Notes under the pieces: generated by a model
Databases searched by the model: none
Told to the model about the DNA's origin: nothing
What the model saw: the letters and a program-made list of their open reading frames with translations, nothing else
Translations under genes and position numbers: made by a program
In this document: piece after piece, positions 9,139-19,601 of the stretch
Numbering within the stretch: the first letter of the stretch is position 1
How the letters are laid out: each line of letters opens with the position of its first letter
From: Planctomycetota bacterium
GTDB taxonomy: Bacteria; Planctomycetota; Planctomycetia; Pirellulales; Pirellulaceae
Assembly: GCA_963205385.1 (NCBI GenBank)
Contig: CAUJKE010000079.1
Coordinates: forward strand, 46 to 64,045
Direction: 5' to 3'
DNA: 64,000 bases

Positions 9139-11025
9139 ATGCCCAAAACCGAAACCGGCTCGCTCTCCGCCCAACTCCTGAACTTGGCCAGCCACACCCC
9201 CACTACAGCGTTGTTCCTGGAACAAGCCTTGAAAGCGGTCCGCGCCGTCGCCAAGGCGGACTTCGCCGCTGTTTTTCGGGGAGAAAGAGGCCGCTGGCGG
9301 ACGCTCGGCATGGCCGGCGCGGAGCAAACTTTGCCGACGGAACTTCTGGCGGACGTTCTCGACCGCGAAGGCCCCGTCTCCCGCCTTCCCTGGCATCTCG
9401 CCCCCCTTCAGCCCCGCGCCGCTAGTGGCGAAATCCTGGCCCTGTATTGCGCGGCGCCACCCCCGATTCCGCTGGAAGAACTCTCCGCCGTCCTCAGCGC
9501 CGCGCTCGAAGTCGTCCGCGGCCGCCAACGCCGGGAGCGCCGCATCGAACGCCTGGAAGCGATTCTGGCGATCGCGGCCCAGTGGCGGCAGACGCTCGAT
9601 TTGACCGAACTGCTCACGCAAATGGCCGAAGCCTCCACGCGCCTCTTAAACGCCGAGCGGGCGAGCATCTTCCTGTGGGACAAACCCAACAAGCAACTCG
9701 TCGGCCGCCCAGCGCTGGGCGTTGAAGGGGGCGAGCTCCGCATCGGCGAAGAGGTTGGAATCGTCGGGCAGGTGGTCAAGACCGGCGAGACGCGCCGCGT
9801 CGATGCGGACGAAGGCCAACAAGACATTGATCGCTCCGTCGATAAAAAACTGAAGTTCGAAACCCGCACGCTCCTCTGCGTGCCACTCCGCGGGCACGAT
9901 GGCGAACTGTTCGGCGCGTTCGAGATGATTAACAAAGTCAAAGGTAACTTTACCGATGACGACCTGGCCGCGCTCCTCGAACTGGCCAGCCACGCCGCGC
10001 TGGCGCTCGAACAAACGCAGGAGTATTCGCAACTGCTCAAGAGCCGCAATCAACTAGCCGATCAAGCGGCGGAAGGGGTCGAGATGATCGGCGAGTGCGC
10101 CGCGATTGGCGCTCTCCGCTCGACCATTCGCCGGATCGCCGCGACCGACCTGGCCGTGCTGATCCTCGGCGAGAACGGCACCGGCAAGGATGTCCTCGCC
10201 CGCCTGGCGCACGTCCTTAGCAACCGCCGGCAAGAGCCGTTCATCGCCGTGAACTGCGCCGCGATTGCCGAAACGCTGCTCGAAAGCGAGCTCTTCGGCC
10301 ATGAAAAAGGCGCCTTCACCGATGCCCAAGACACCCGCGCCGGCAAGTTTGAACTGGCCGATGGCGGCACCATTTTCCTCGACGAAATCGGCGACATGAG
10401 CCTTAGCGGTCAGGCCAAACTGTTGCGTGTGCTCGAAGAGAAAACCGTCGTCCGCGTCGGCGGTTCGCTGCCGATCAAGACCGACGCCCGCGTCATCGCC
10501 GCGACCAATCAAAACCTGGCCGATTTGGTGCGGCAGAAGAAGTTTCGCGAGGATTTATACTTTCGTCTGAACGTGGTCACGCTCGACATGCCGCCGCTGC
10601 GCGAGCGCGGGGAGGACATCGTCCTGTTGGCCGAGCACTTCCTCCAAGGCTTCGCGAAGAAAGCCCGCCGCAAGCCGCCCAAGTTCACCGCCGCCGCGAA
10701 GAAGCGGCTCCTCATGCACACCTGGCCCGGCAACGTCCGCGAGTTGCGCAACCTGATGGAACGCCTGGCCTACCTTTCGACCGAAGACAAGCTCGACGCC
10801 GACGATCTCTCCTTCATCCTCTCGCCTGGCAAAGACCCCAGCGGCGCCATCGACGACAACCTCCCCCTCACCGACGCCACGCAACGTTTTCAAACGCACT
10901 ACATCCAGCGTCACGTGCAAATGTCCCGCGGCAACATGACCGAAGCCGCCGAACGGCTAGGCCTGCATCGCTCGAATTTGTATCGAAAGATGCGCCAGTT
11001 GGGAATGGACACCGCGGAGGATTGA
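9139..11025 (+). CDS. Sigma-54-dependent transcriptional activator with GAF sensor domain
   Basis: ORF 8995..11025. ATG at 9139 is preceded by AAGGAG (9124..9129). It has a GAF-like block ([10 protein letters not shown]...LCVPL) and an AAA+ core with Walker [15 protein letters not shown] (a GAFTGA variant), FLDEIGDM and [12 protein letters not shown]-terminal Fis-type HTH reads [20 protein letters not shown]. Confidence 0.9.
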   Translation: MPKTETGSLSAQLLNLASHTPTTALFLEQALKAVRAVAKADFAAVFRGERGRWRTLGMAGAEQTLPTELLADVLDREGPVSRLPWHLAPLQPRAASGEILALYCAAPPPIPLEELSAVLSAALEVVRGRQRRERRIERLEAILAIAAQWRQTLDLTELLTQMAEASTRLLNAERASIFLWDKPNKQLVGRPALGVEGGELRIGEEVGIVGQVVKTGETRRVDADEGQQDIDRSVDKKLKFETRTLLCVPLRGHDGELFGAFEMINKVKGNFTDDDLAALLELASHAALALEQTQEYSQLLKSRNQLADQAAEGVEMIGECAAIGALRSTIRRIAATDLAVLILGENGTGKDVLARLAHVLSNRRQEPFIAVNCAAIAETLLESELFGHEKGAFTDAQDTRAGKFELADGGTIFLDEIGDMSLSGQAKLLRVLEEKTVVRVGGSLPIKTDARVIAATNQNLADLVRQKKFREDLYFRLNVVTLDMPPLRERGEDIVLLAEHFLQGFAKKARRKPPKFTAAAKKRLLMHTWPGNVRELRNLMERLAYLSTEDKLDADDLSFILSPGKDPSGAIDDNLPLTDATQRFQTHYIQRHVQMSRGNMTEAAERLGLHRSNLYRKMRQLGMDTAED

Positions 11026-11114
11026 GCTATTCCAATGATTGAACGCCCACACACACGGGATCGAAAGTTTGCAGGTCTGAGTGGACAGCGAACAACGCCT
11101 GGCAAGCTGGGGAA

Positions 11115-12461
11115 TTAGGGTTGGGGCTCAATGATATCGACCCGCTGCCCCTGTTGCAGAGAGTCTGCACGAGTGAGCACGACGGTTTGGCTAGCGTCGA
11201 GGCCGGACGCGATTTCAACTTCGTCACCGCTGCGCAGGCCAAGGGTGATGGCTTGTCGATGGATCGTTCCGGATTCGACGCGGCAGCAATAGACGTTCGC
11301 GCCGTCGCGGACAATGGCGGTGATCGGCAGGACGAGTACATCGTTCCGCTGATCCAGGAGAATTGTGGCCGTCGCATACATTCCTGGACGCAGCCTTCCG
11401 CCCGAATTCGGAATGTCGATCTCGGTATGCAGCGAGCGATTGGATGTATCGAGCGACCAACTCGTGCGGGTGACGTTGGCATCGAACTCCTTGCCGCCGA
11501 GGGATTGGACACGCACGACGGTGGAGTCTGCCTCAGCGCCGCTGTCAACCAGCGACGCTTCCATCTCCGGGACATCGACCAGGATGCGGACTTTGTCGGT
11601 GCGAGCCACGACCATCAATGGCGTTGTCGTGCCGCTATTCGCAGGATGCACGTAGTACCCGGTGCTGACTCCGCGGCGAGTCACGACGCCGTCAAATGGC
11701 GCTTTGATTTCGGCGTAGCCCAGCATCGTCGTGGCATATGCCAGGTTGGCCTGCGTAACGCGCTCCTTTGCATGGGCCGCCACGAGATCGGCCTCCGCCT
11801 TGTGGGCGTTGGCCTCGGCTTCGCTCACGCCGGCTTGGGCGGCATGCACATTGGCGGCCGCCTCTTGGCGGGCTGCGTCTGAGGCGCGGAATTGATTGAG
11901 CGTCTCATCCACGAGTTTCGGAGTGACAGAGCCCTTTGCCGCCAGTTCCTTGATCCTGTCGTGTTCTGATTTCCAACGGTTAAACTCCCCTTCGGCGCGG
12001 CCGATGCCCGCTTCCGCCTGACTCACACGCGCCCGGGCCGTGTCGGTCATGGCCTCGGCGGCTTGCACGGCTGCTTCGGCTTGTTTCACTTCCGCCTGGG
12101 CCTGTGCGACAAGTGCTTCCTTTTGCGTTATTTCATCCTTCATCTCCGGAACCGAAAGTCTTACGAGAATCTGATCTTTCTTTACCAAATCGCCAATGTC
12201 CACGATCACGTCCTGGACATAGCCCGCGACCTTGGGATAGAGCGGGGTTTCTTCAAACGCTTCGATGCGGCCGGGTTGGGTGGTATAGAGCTTCAAAGTC
12301 TTGCGCTGGGGATGCCCAGCCATAACGCGGTCGGCGGTCGGCGCGGTATTTGGCTCTGTGCCGGGCGAAGTTTGCGCCACCGTCGGCTGGCTGCAGCCGC
12401 TGGCCGCCAGCAGCAATGCCCAGACCACGGCAACGCTCGTCAATGAGAAGAGTCGTTTCAC
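11115..12461 (-). CDS. RND efflux periplasmic adaptor (membrane fusion protein), lipoprotein
   Basis: ORF 11115..12725. The likely start is GTG 12461, which forms a GTGA overlap with the pump stop. VKRLFSLTSVAVVWALLLAASGCSQ is a lipobox signal. It also has a long Ala/Gln coiled-coil hairpin and a beta-barrel region typical of HlyD/AcrA-family adaptors. Confidence 0.85.
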   Translation of the reverse strand: MKRLFSLTSVAVVWALLLAASGCSQPTVAQTSPGTEPNTAPTADRVMAGHPQRKTLKLYTTQPGRIEAFEETPLYPKVAGYVQDVIVDIGDLVKKDQILVRLSVPEMKDEITQKEALVAQAQAEVKQAEAAVQAAEAMTDTARARVSQAEAGIGRAEGEFNRWKSEHDRIKELAAKGSVTPKLVDETLNQFRASDAARQEAAANVHAAQAGVSEAEANAHKAEADLVAAHAKERVTQANLAYATTMLGYAEIKAPFDGVVTRRGVSTGYYVHPANSGTTTPLMVVARTDKVRILVDVPEMEASLVDSGAEADSTVVRVQSLGGKEFDANVTRTSWSLDTSNRSLHTEIDIPNSGGRLRPGMYATATILLDQRNDVLVLPITAIVRDGANVYCCRVESGTIHRQAITLGLRSGDEVEIASGLDASQTVVLTRADSLQQGQRVDIIEPQP

Positions 12462-15400
12462 GCAATGTCTCCTGTGTGAGCAGCGACAGCGGATATTGCT
12501 CCGGCCGGTGCGTAATATGGACTTTTGGGATCGGACGGATCGAGGGAGGCCGAAGCAGTGCTGGCCCGCCGCTGGAAAAGTGCGAACATGCTGGGAAGTA
12601 CGAATAAAGTCGCCAGGGTCGCAGCGATCAATCCGCCAATGACAGCCCGGCCAAGTGGCGCGTTTTGTTGCCCCGCCTCGCCCAATGCCAAGGCCATCGG
12701 AAGCATGCCTGCGATCATCGCGCAACTGGTCATGAGAATTGCCCGCAAGCGGCTGCCGGCTCCTTCAACTGCGGCCTGATTCGCCGGCATGCCCTCTTTT
12801 CGCAAGTTCTCGGCAAAAGTGACCAGTAGAATTGCATTCGCCATCGCCACGCCGATCGCCATAATCGACCCGATGAACGATTGAATGTTGAGCGTCGTCC
12901 CGGTGAGGTACAGCATCATTACCACGCCGGCAACAACGGCGGGAGCGGTTGAGACCGTGACTAGCGACAAACGCACGGACTGGAAGTTTGCCGCCAGCAG
13001 AAGAAAGACGACGACGACCGCTAGCCCCAATCCGATGGTAAGACCGTTTTGCATTTCCCGCATCGGTGGAATTTGACCGCGAACTTCCACCTGACTACCG
13101 CGCGGAGGTTCTCCAGCCCGCTGGAGAGCCTCATCTAACTGCTGAGAAACTGTTCCCAAGTCCGTCCCTGCGATGTTGGCGGTCAGACTGACTTGACGAC
13201 GCATATTGTATCGGTCGTACTGGCCCGGCATTGTTCCTGGTTCGATATCGGCGACATCACGAATCAGCACTTGCCCAAACTCGGTCTGCTTCAGGGGGAT
13301 CCGTCCCAGGTCATCAGCCGAGTTGATGGTTTGAATATCGTATGGGTCGCGAACAATACGGCGCGGAATCTCCACTTGCACCTGGTAGGCAATTCCGCTT
13401 TTAGGATCGGCCCAGAAGTTGGGGACGACGAAGCGACTGGATGAAGTCGCGGTCACCAGCGAGCGAGACACGTCGGCTGGAGTGAGCCCTGCCAGTCCAG
13501 CCTTCTCGCGATTGACATTCACGGCGATGGTCGGATAGGCCAATGATTGTGCATACTGCAAATCCCGGAGCGAAGGAATTGTGGATAGTTCCGCGAACAG
13601 CTTTTCGGCGTAGACTCGGTTTTCGGCAAAGTTCGGGCCGCTGACGGCGACTTCCACAGGAGTCGGCGAACCGAAGCTCATGACGTCGTTCACAATATCG
13701 CTCGGCTCGAACGACACCCGCAGTTCAGGCAGTTCCTGATGGAAACGATTGCGCAGAGCTTCTTTGAGATCTTCAACCTCGATCCCGCTATCCTTGTTCA
13801 ACCCCACGTAAAGAATCGTTTCCTCCGGCCCACGCGACCACTGAAATACACCGTTGATCGGGTAACTCGACGGAATCGCTCCGACATAACCCAAGGTGAG
13901 TTCAACGTTCTTCGCCCCGACTTCGTCTTCGATGAGCTTAAGGGCTGACTTGGCGTACTCCTCGCTGCGCCCGATATGCGTGCCGTCCGGCGCCCTGAGC
14001 CGTAAGCGAAACTGCCCCGCATTGATTACCGGGAAGATATCACGCCCCAATTGAAGGCCTGCTCCGGCAATGATGCCGACACTCGCCAGCAAATAGACGG
14101 CGATCACCGCGAATCGCAGGCGAACGAATTTATCAAGCGTCCATTGATAGCCGCGCCTCATGCGATCGGAAAAAGTCACTCGCGATGTTTCGTGTTCGTG
14201 GGCGTCGCGCCGTAACAGCCAGACGCACATCACGGGGACAAACGTGCTGGAGAGGATGTAGGAGGCCAGCATCGAAAAGCCGACAGCCAGTGACAATGGC
14301 ACGAACAGCCCTTGGGCCGCCCCCTTCATGAAGAACGAAGAGACGAACACCGCCAGAATGCACAGCATGGCCAGCAAACGGGGTACGGCTGTTTCCGCCG
14401 ACCCATCGCGGACCGCCACGGCGATTGGCTTGCCCTGCTGCAGATGCGCGTGAATATTTTCAATCGCGACCGTTGCCTCGTCCACCAGAATGCCGATGGC
14501 TAAGGCCAGGCCTCCCAACGTCATGAGGTTGATCGTTTGGCCGGTCAGCCACAGGGCCGCGATGGCGGCCATCAGGGCGAGAGGAATGTTGAGCACCACT
14601 ACGAGCGAACTGCGCCAGTCGCGTAGAAACACAAGAATCATCAGCCCGACCAGCACGGCGCCCAGAAGTCCTTCGGTGACGACCCCGGCCACCGCTCGCG
14701 TCACATACGGGGACTGGTCGAACTCGAAGTCGACTTTAATGTCGGGCGGCAGGACCGCCTGCATGTTAGGCAGCGCCTTCTTGATGTTGTTAATAACGCT
14801 GAGCGTAGAGGCTTCCGCTCGCTTGGTGGCCAGGATGTAGACCGCTCGCCGCCCGTCCGCCAGTGCGTAGCCGGTGGGCGCGTCCATGAAGTCGCTCACC
14901 GACCCCACGTCTCGCAAATAAACCTGGTGCTCTCCGGTGCGGATTGGAATGGTCTCCAGTTCGGAGACTTGTCGAACGACCGAATTGACCGGAACGATCG
15001 GGTACTTGTCTCCCACCGGAATATTGCCGGACGGACTAATCGTGTTGCCCTGGGTGAGCCCGCGAATCACCTCTTCAGGCGACATTTCGTAGGCCTCCAG
15101 CCGCTGAGGGTCCACCGTCACGACGACCGTGCGTTGAGCACCGCCAAATGGCGGCGGAGCGGACACGCCCGGCAGGCTGGCAAACATCGGCCGCACTCGG
15201 AACAGCGCTAAGTCCTGAATCTCGGCGATGCTTCGCGTCTCGCTGGAAAGCACCAGATAACCTACCGGCACACTCCCCGTGTCGAATCGCATCACGAAGG
15301 GGGACACTGTTCCCGGCGGCATGAAGGCTTGAGAGCGGTTGACGTAATTGATTGTTTCGGCCATCGCCTGGGCCATATTTGTGCCTGGATGAAAATGCAA

Positions 15401-15727
15401 TTTCATCAAGGCCATGCCCTGGATGTTCCGGGATTCGACGTGATGAATGCCGCTGATGTACAGGAAGTGGTACTCGTAATAATTTGTCAGGAAACCTTCC
15501 ATCTGCGCTGGATCCATGCCGCCGTAGGGCTGGCATACATAGATCACCGGCAGGTTCAGACTGGGGAAGATGTCCACCTCCATGCCTTGAGGCAGCCCCT
15601 CCGGGTACGGCAGCCCAAACTGCTCGCTGACCGAACCCCCAATGGCGATGAAGCTACAAAGGGCAATGGCCAGAATGATCACTATCACCGTCAACGGGCG
15701 GCGCATGGCCGACAGGATCAATTGCAT
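12458..15727 (-). CDS. RND efflux transporter permease (AcrB/CzcA superfamily)
   Basis: ORF 12458..15796, probable ATG at 15727 (MQLILSAMRRPLTVIVIILAIAL). About 1090 aa with the 12-TM, two-large-loop RND architecture. Confidence 0.9.
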   Translation of the reverse strand: MQLILSAMRRPLTVIVIILAIALCSFIAIGGSVSEQFGLPYPEGLPQGMEVDIFPSLNLPVIYVCQPYGGMDPAQMEGFLTNYYEYHFLYISGIHHVESRNIQGMALMKLHFHPGTNMAQAMAETINYVNRSQAFMPPGTVSPFVMRFDTGSVPVGYLVLSSETRSIAEIQDLALFRVRPMFASLPGVSAPPPFGGAQRTVVVTVDPQRLEAYEMSPEEVIRGLTQGNTISPSGNIPVGDKYPIVPVNSVVRQVSELETIPIRTGEHQVYLRDVGSVSDFMDAPTGYALADGRRAVYILATKRAEASTLSVINNIKKALPNMQAVLPPDIKVDFEFDQSPYVTRAVAGVVTEGLLGAVLVGLMILVFLRDWRSSLVVVLNIPLALMAAIAALWLTGQTINLMTLGGLALAIGILVDEATVAIENIHAHLQQGKPIAVAVRDGSAETAVPRLLAMLCILAVFVSSFFMKGAAQGLFVPLSLAVGFSMLASYILSSTFVPVMCVWLLRRDAHEHETSRVTFSDRMRRGYQWTLDKFVRLRFAVIAVYLLASVGIIAGAGLQLGRDIFPVINAGQFRLRLRAPDGTHIGRSEEYAKSALKLIEDEVGAKNVELTLGYVGAIPSSYPINGVFQWSRGPEETILYVGLNKDSGIEVEDLKEALRNRFHQELPELRVSFEPSDIVNDVMSFGSPTPVEVAVSGPNFAENRVYAEKLFAELSTIPSLRDLQYAQSLAYPTIAVNVNREKAGLAGLTPADVSRSLVTATSSSRFVVPNFWADPKSGIAYQVQVEIPRRIVRDPYDIQTINSADDLGRIPLKQTEFGQVLIRDVADIEPGTMPGQYDRYNMRRQVSLTANIAGTDLGTVSQQLDEALQRAGEPPRGSQVEVRGQIPPMREMQNGLTIGLGLAVVVVFLLLAANFQSVRLSLVTVSTAPAVVAGVVMMLYLTGTTLNIQSFIGSIMAIGVAMANAILLVTFAENLRKEGMPANQAAVEGAGSRLRAILMTSCAMIAGMLPMALALGEAGQQNAPLGRAVIGGLIAATLATLFVLPSMFALFQRRASTASASLDPSDPKSPYYAPAGAISAVAAHTGDIA

Positions 15728-15825
15728 GTTATTAGGTTCCCTCTCGAGTCGGACCAGCGCGCTAGAACTCGTTGGCAAACTCTGCAGTATAGGCAAGCAT
15801 GATCAATGGCAGGGGTTAATTCAAT

Positions 15826-15838
15826 TAACGGCTAATTA
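15826..15838. promoter_or_regulatory. AT-rich 13-bp palindrome in the divergent efflux promoter region
   Basis: TTAATT-C-AATTAA lies between the RND pump start (15727, minus) and the outer-membrane factor start (16114, plus). It is the only strongly AT-rich symmetric element there. Confidence 0.25.
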
Positions 15839-16113
15839 GAATTGGCAAATCAGGGACCGGTTTCGCAACCAGGACGCGAGCTTCTCGATCCGCTGAACAT
15901 CTTCGCAAATCGTTTAATACAAACGACTTACGAAAAACCACCTCCCTTGTTGCCGCATCACCCGTGACGGTTGCAGGCGTGCTGCCGCCCGCACAACCGT
16001 CATATTCGTTGAATTCGGAAAAGGCATTTCGCCGATCTCTAAGAGAATACGCGGAATATCTTCAGTGCGACGAGTGCGGGTACCGGGTGCGATGTCTTGA
16101 TGGGGAGCAACTG

Positions 16114-17739
16114 ATGATTGTTGAGTGCTTCAAATCGCACGTCTCGAAGCTCGTAATTGTGGCCGTTCTTGCCGTCGCCGGATGTTCGTCGGCGGAACAT
16201 CGACGGGCATCCATCTTGTCCTCCCCCGTCGTGCCCGATGCTCGTCCGGGCCAACAACGCATCCAACTCACCACGGGCGAGGAGACTTTGCGGCAGCCTC
16301 CGCAGTTGCTCCCATCACAGACCGATTTACGAGACGGCGCTGAGAGTGAAACAGCGATCACAACCACGGAACGCCTGGCGCCGCCAATGCCTGAACTGGC
16401 GTCGGATCCGCCTGGAACCGTCGATGCCGCGGCTGACGCCAGCCTTTTTCCGAATCAAGTTCCGATCGATCTTGCCTCAGCGCTCCAGGTCACCGCCGGG
16501 CAGAACCCTCAAGTCGGATTCGCACGGCAGCGCATTCAGGAAGCGTATGCCCAACTTCAATTGGCGGAGGTGCTTTGGGTGCCGTCGCTGCGTGCAGGCG
16601 TCAATTACAACAAGCATGATGGGGTGATTCAGGACGTCGCAGGCAACATGGTCACCAATAGTCGCAGCTCGGTCTATTCCGGTTTGGGAGCGCAAGCCAT
16701 CGGTGCGGGCTCGCCGGCCGTGCCGGGCCTGGTGATGAACTTTCACTTGCGAGACGCCATCTTCGCGCCGCGCATCGCAGAGCAGGCCCTCGGAGCGCGG
16801 CGGCAGGCGAGCCGGACAGCCACGAATGACACATTATTGGAAACGGGACTGCGATATATGGATCTCCTGGAAGCGCTTCAGGTTCTCGCAGTCGCACAAC
16901 AATCCCTCGCAAACGCCGAACAACTGACTGAACTAACCAAATCATTTGCAGATAGCGGCCAAGGCCTGCAGGCAGACGCCGACCGCGCATTGGCCGAGTT
17001 GTCCACTCGACAGATTGAAGTCCGCCGCGCCGTCGAGAATGTTCGCGTCGCTTCGGTCCGCCTGGCCCGCGTGCTGAGCCAGCAGGATTATTCGGTAACA
17101 CTCGTCCCTCAGGAGCCAGCTCTCGTTCCCATCGATTTGGTTGTTCCCTCAAGTGAAATATCGGAGCTCATCGCCACCGGACTCGCCAACCGGCCGGAAC
17201 TGGCTGAGAGTCGTTACCTGGTTGGCGAAGCGGTCGAGCGGCTACGTCGCGAACGCCACGCGCCCCTGGTTCCCAGCGTCCTCCTCGGCCTCAGCTATGG
17301 AGGAAACGGAGGCAGCCCGACTAGCACGATCACCGGCTTCGATGATCGCGTTGACTTCGATGCCGTTGCCTATTGGGAAGTGCGAAATCTTGGCTTTGGC
17401 GAGCGCTACGCGAGAAATGGCTCGCAGTCGCAAGTGGCGCAAGCCCGTTGGCGTCAAGTGCAGGTCATGGACCAGGTTGCCAGCGACGTTGCAGAGGCCC
17501 ACGCACAGGTAGAATCTCGGCAATCCCAGATCAAACTGGCCGAAGCCGGAATCACTGCCGCTAAGGATTCTTACCGCAGGAACTCCGAGCGAATTCGCGA
17601 TGGCCAGGGGCTGCCGATCGAAACGCTGCAATCCATTCAGGCGCTCGATCAGGCACACCGGCAGTACGTTCGCGCCGTAGCGGATTACAACCGTGCGCAA
17701 TTCGAACTACAACGCGCTCTTGGATGGCCAATCCAATAA
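16114..17739 (+). CDS. TolC-family outer membrane efflux protein (lipoprotein)
   Basis: ORF 15964..17739. ATG 16114 gives MIVECFKSHVSKLVIVAVLAVAGCSS, a lipobox. The protein has a two-repeat helical OEP pattern and is divergent from the adaptor/pump pair. Confidence 0.8.
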   Translation: MIVECFKSHVSKLVIVAVLAVAGCSSAEHRRASILSSPVVPDARPGQQRIQLTTGEETLRQPPQLLPSQTDLRDGAESETAITTTERLAPPMPELASDPPGTVDAAADASLFPNQVPIDLASALQVTAGQNPQVGFARQRIQEAYAQLQLAEVLWVPSLRAGVNYNKHDGVIQDVAGNMVTNSRSSVYSGLGAQAIGAGSPAVPGLVMNFHLRDAIFAPRIAEQALGARRQASRTATNDTLLETGLRYMDLLEALQVLAVAQQSLANAEQLTELTKSFADSGQGLQADADRALAELSTRQIEVRRAVENVRVASVRLARVLSQQDYSVTLVPQEPALVPIDLVVPSSEISELIATGLANRPELAESRYLVGEAVERLRRERHAPLVPSVLLGLSYGGNGGSPTSTITGFDDRVDFDAVAYWEVRNLGFGERYARNGSQSQVAQARWRQVQVMDQVASDVAEAHAQVESRQSQIKLAEAGITAAKDSYRRNSERIRDGQGLPIETLQSIQALDQAHRQYVRAVADYNRAQFELQRALGWPIQ

Positions 17740-17862
17740 CAACAGTCCGCCCATCCAACGCATCACCCTCAGAGGAACGAACCGCGGGCCGCCATCCGCG
17801 AGCTTGACACAGGCGTTCGACGCCCAGGACGCTTTGAACCGGCGCCGCTGCGTCGCCCAATC

Positions 17863-19005
17863 TCATTTCTCATGCGGAGCGTTGTATTGCTGCCGATCTA
17901 GTAACTGGTGTTTCAGGCTCTTGATGTCGACCGTCATGGGCCCGCGTCGTTGCAGGGTCAACAGGATGTAGGTGTCTTCCCCGGCGAGAAACTTGGATTG
18001 CGGATCGGGATATTGATCGCCACGGCCGTTCAGGGATGTGTTGTAGTACGGAAAGTGGTCCACTTCGGCCCGTTCTGCAAAGTAGCCGAATCCGGTCACG
18101 CAGCATGTGCCCCGCCGAAACAGATCATGCCAGCGGCCCTTGGCCTGATTGCGGATGGAGGCGTTCCGCTCGTTGTAAAGAGTGACCACAAAGTCCGATG
18201 GCTTCTGCATCCGTTCTTCGTACCATCTGAATTGCTCGGAATCCTCATCGAACGCGTGGCATGTCTGCCACGTTGTGCCGAAGTCAGAGATGTGGTTGAG
18301 ATCCAAGGCGACGAAACGCACTCCGAAGTTGGGCACCTCAAAATGCCACTTCCATTCATCATCTGGCAACTCGAAGAAGCGGCGAAATGCGGTGGCATCC
18401 ACATCATACACGGCTTCTGCCGGTGGGCGATTCCCTCGGGGGCGAATCTCGCGGTCGTGATTGCCCAGTACCGGCATGAAGGGGGCCGAACGGAACAGCT
18501 TGGGATAGGCGTCGATGAGCTCAGCATACGGCTGGATGCAGTCCTTTTTGCCAGTTCCGCACGTCTGCCAGAGGTTGCTGATGTTATCGCCCGCGGTTAG
18601 CAGCAAATGCGGGTCGTCTTTCTGGATCGCGGAAAGATCCGGCCGGCCTTGCCAATCAGCCACGATCGCAACACGCAACACATCCGTGGGATAAGCCTTG
18701 AAAGCGGCGTCTTCGGACCGCTGCTCTCCGCTACTCACAGCGTAGTGGTATGTTGTGTCACTCTCGGATAAGGGAATCTCGACGTGATGCAGCGTGCGAT
18801 CGCCCTCGACTCGCACTTGATGGCCGTAATCCGTCGTCGTGCCAAAGTGGACCACTGAATCGCCTGGCTGCGTTGTGGTCCAACTGACGACCAGTTTGCT
18901 GGGATCGTGGGTGCGGTGCGTCAGCCAGACCCGCTCGACCTGGGCGAACGCGGATGAACCGAGCAAAAGGAAAAGCAGAACGACTGTCGGGCAGGCTGTT
19001 TTCAT
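17863..19005 (-). CDS. Secreted metallophosphoesterase (purple-acid-phosphatase-like)
   Basis: ORF 17863..19062. ATG 19005 gives the signal peptide [22 protein letters not shown]. There is an N-terminal FN3-like PAP domain ([17 protein letters not shown]). Calcineurin-type motifs TAGDN and VLGNHD are present. Confidence 0.75.
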   Translation of the reverse strand: MKTACPTVVLLFLLLGSSAFAQVERVWLTHRTHDPSKLVVSWTTTQPGDSVVHFGTTTDYGHQVRVEGDRTLHHVEIPLSESDTTYHYAVSSGEQRSEDAAFKAYPTDVLRVAIVADWQGRPDLSAIQKDDPHLLLTAGDNISNLWQTCGTGKKDCIQPYAELIDAYPKLFRSAPFMPVLGNHDREIRPRGNRPPAEAVYDVDATAFRRFFELPDDEWKWHFEVPNFGVRFVALDLNHISDFGTTWQTCHAFDEDSEQFRWYEERMQKPSDFVVTLYNERNASIRNQAKGRWHDLFRRGTCCVTGFGYFAERAEVDHFPYYNTSLNGRGDQYPDPQSKFLAGEDTYILLTLQRRGPMTVDIKSLKHQLLDRQQYNAPHEK

Positions 19006-19189
19006 GGCGTCATCATTCATTGCTGCGGCATTGGGAAAGTCTGGGGAGCGAACAATGAACATTGTACTCCGCCCAATCCTTTAGCTCACCAACTTTCTCA
19101 CCATCGGGACGAGCCCGAAGGGGTCGCGGGATGGCAGGGCGGGAAGTGCGTGTGCGGGGCCTAATAATCGACGCTGATGGTGGAGAGGA

Positions 19190-19392
19190 TGGATTTACCA
19201 CGAAGCCACAAAGGCACGAAGGAAAGGCAAGATAAGACAAGACATGGTGAGATGCAGAAATAAGGCAGAAACAAGTTCTTTCCAGCCCGTCAATGCTATT
19301 TCGATTGATACTTCCTTACATCTTACGAATTATTTCTTACCTCTCTTAGCCTTCTCTCTTATTCGTGTCTTTGTGTGTTAGAGGTAAATTCA
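19190..19392. repeat. AT-rich imperfect inverted-repeat element (about 200 bp) in a divergent intergenic region
   Basis: The termini TGGATTTACC (19190..19199) and GGTAAATTCA (19383..19392) pair at 9/10 positions. The inner blocks CACAAAGGCACGAA (19207..19220) and TTCGTGTCTTTGTG (19362..19375) pair at 13/14. The left arm is purine-rich and the right arm pyrimidine-rich. The element is clearly lower in GC than its flanks. Confidence 0.6.
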
Positions 19393-19601
19393 TCTTTCCC
19401 CAGCGGCAAACAACAGATTATCCCTGTCCCACTTCCGTTCTTTTCGTTGCGTGTGACGCCGTCGCGCTCGTTTTCCGCACCGCGCCGCGTGGGAATTTAG
19501 TGGCAGGCGCGGTTCGCGTCGCTTATAAAACAGCTTGGGGGAATTGCTTCCTAACCACGACCGCGGCACCCAGGCATTTTATAAACCGGGAAGGGATCAT
19601 C

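Noticed and set aside
15728-16113. Sigma-54 (-24 GG / -12 GC) promoters searched in this and other intergenic regions (7519..7585, 8871..9138, 39678..39858, 42952..43347, 47471..47833).
   Set aside because: I found only weak partial matches, for example TGGCATCGCTCGCC near 47620. None has correct TGGCAC-N5-TTGC spacing and sequence. A matrix scan would be needed to be sure.
19063-19601. Mobile element or transposon in the AT-rich intergenic region.
   Set aside because: There is no transposase ORF and no obvious target-site duplication. It is kept only as an inverted-repeat element of unknown nature.
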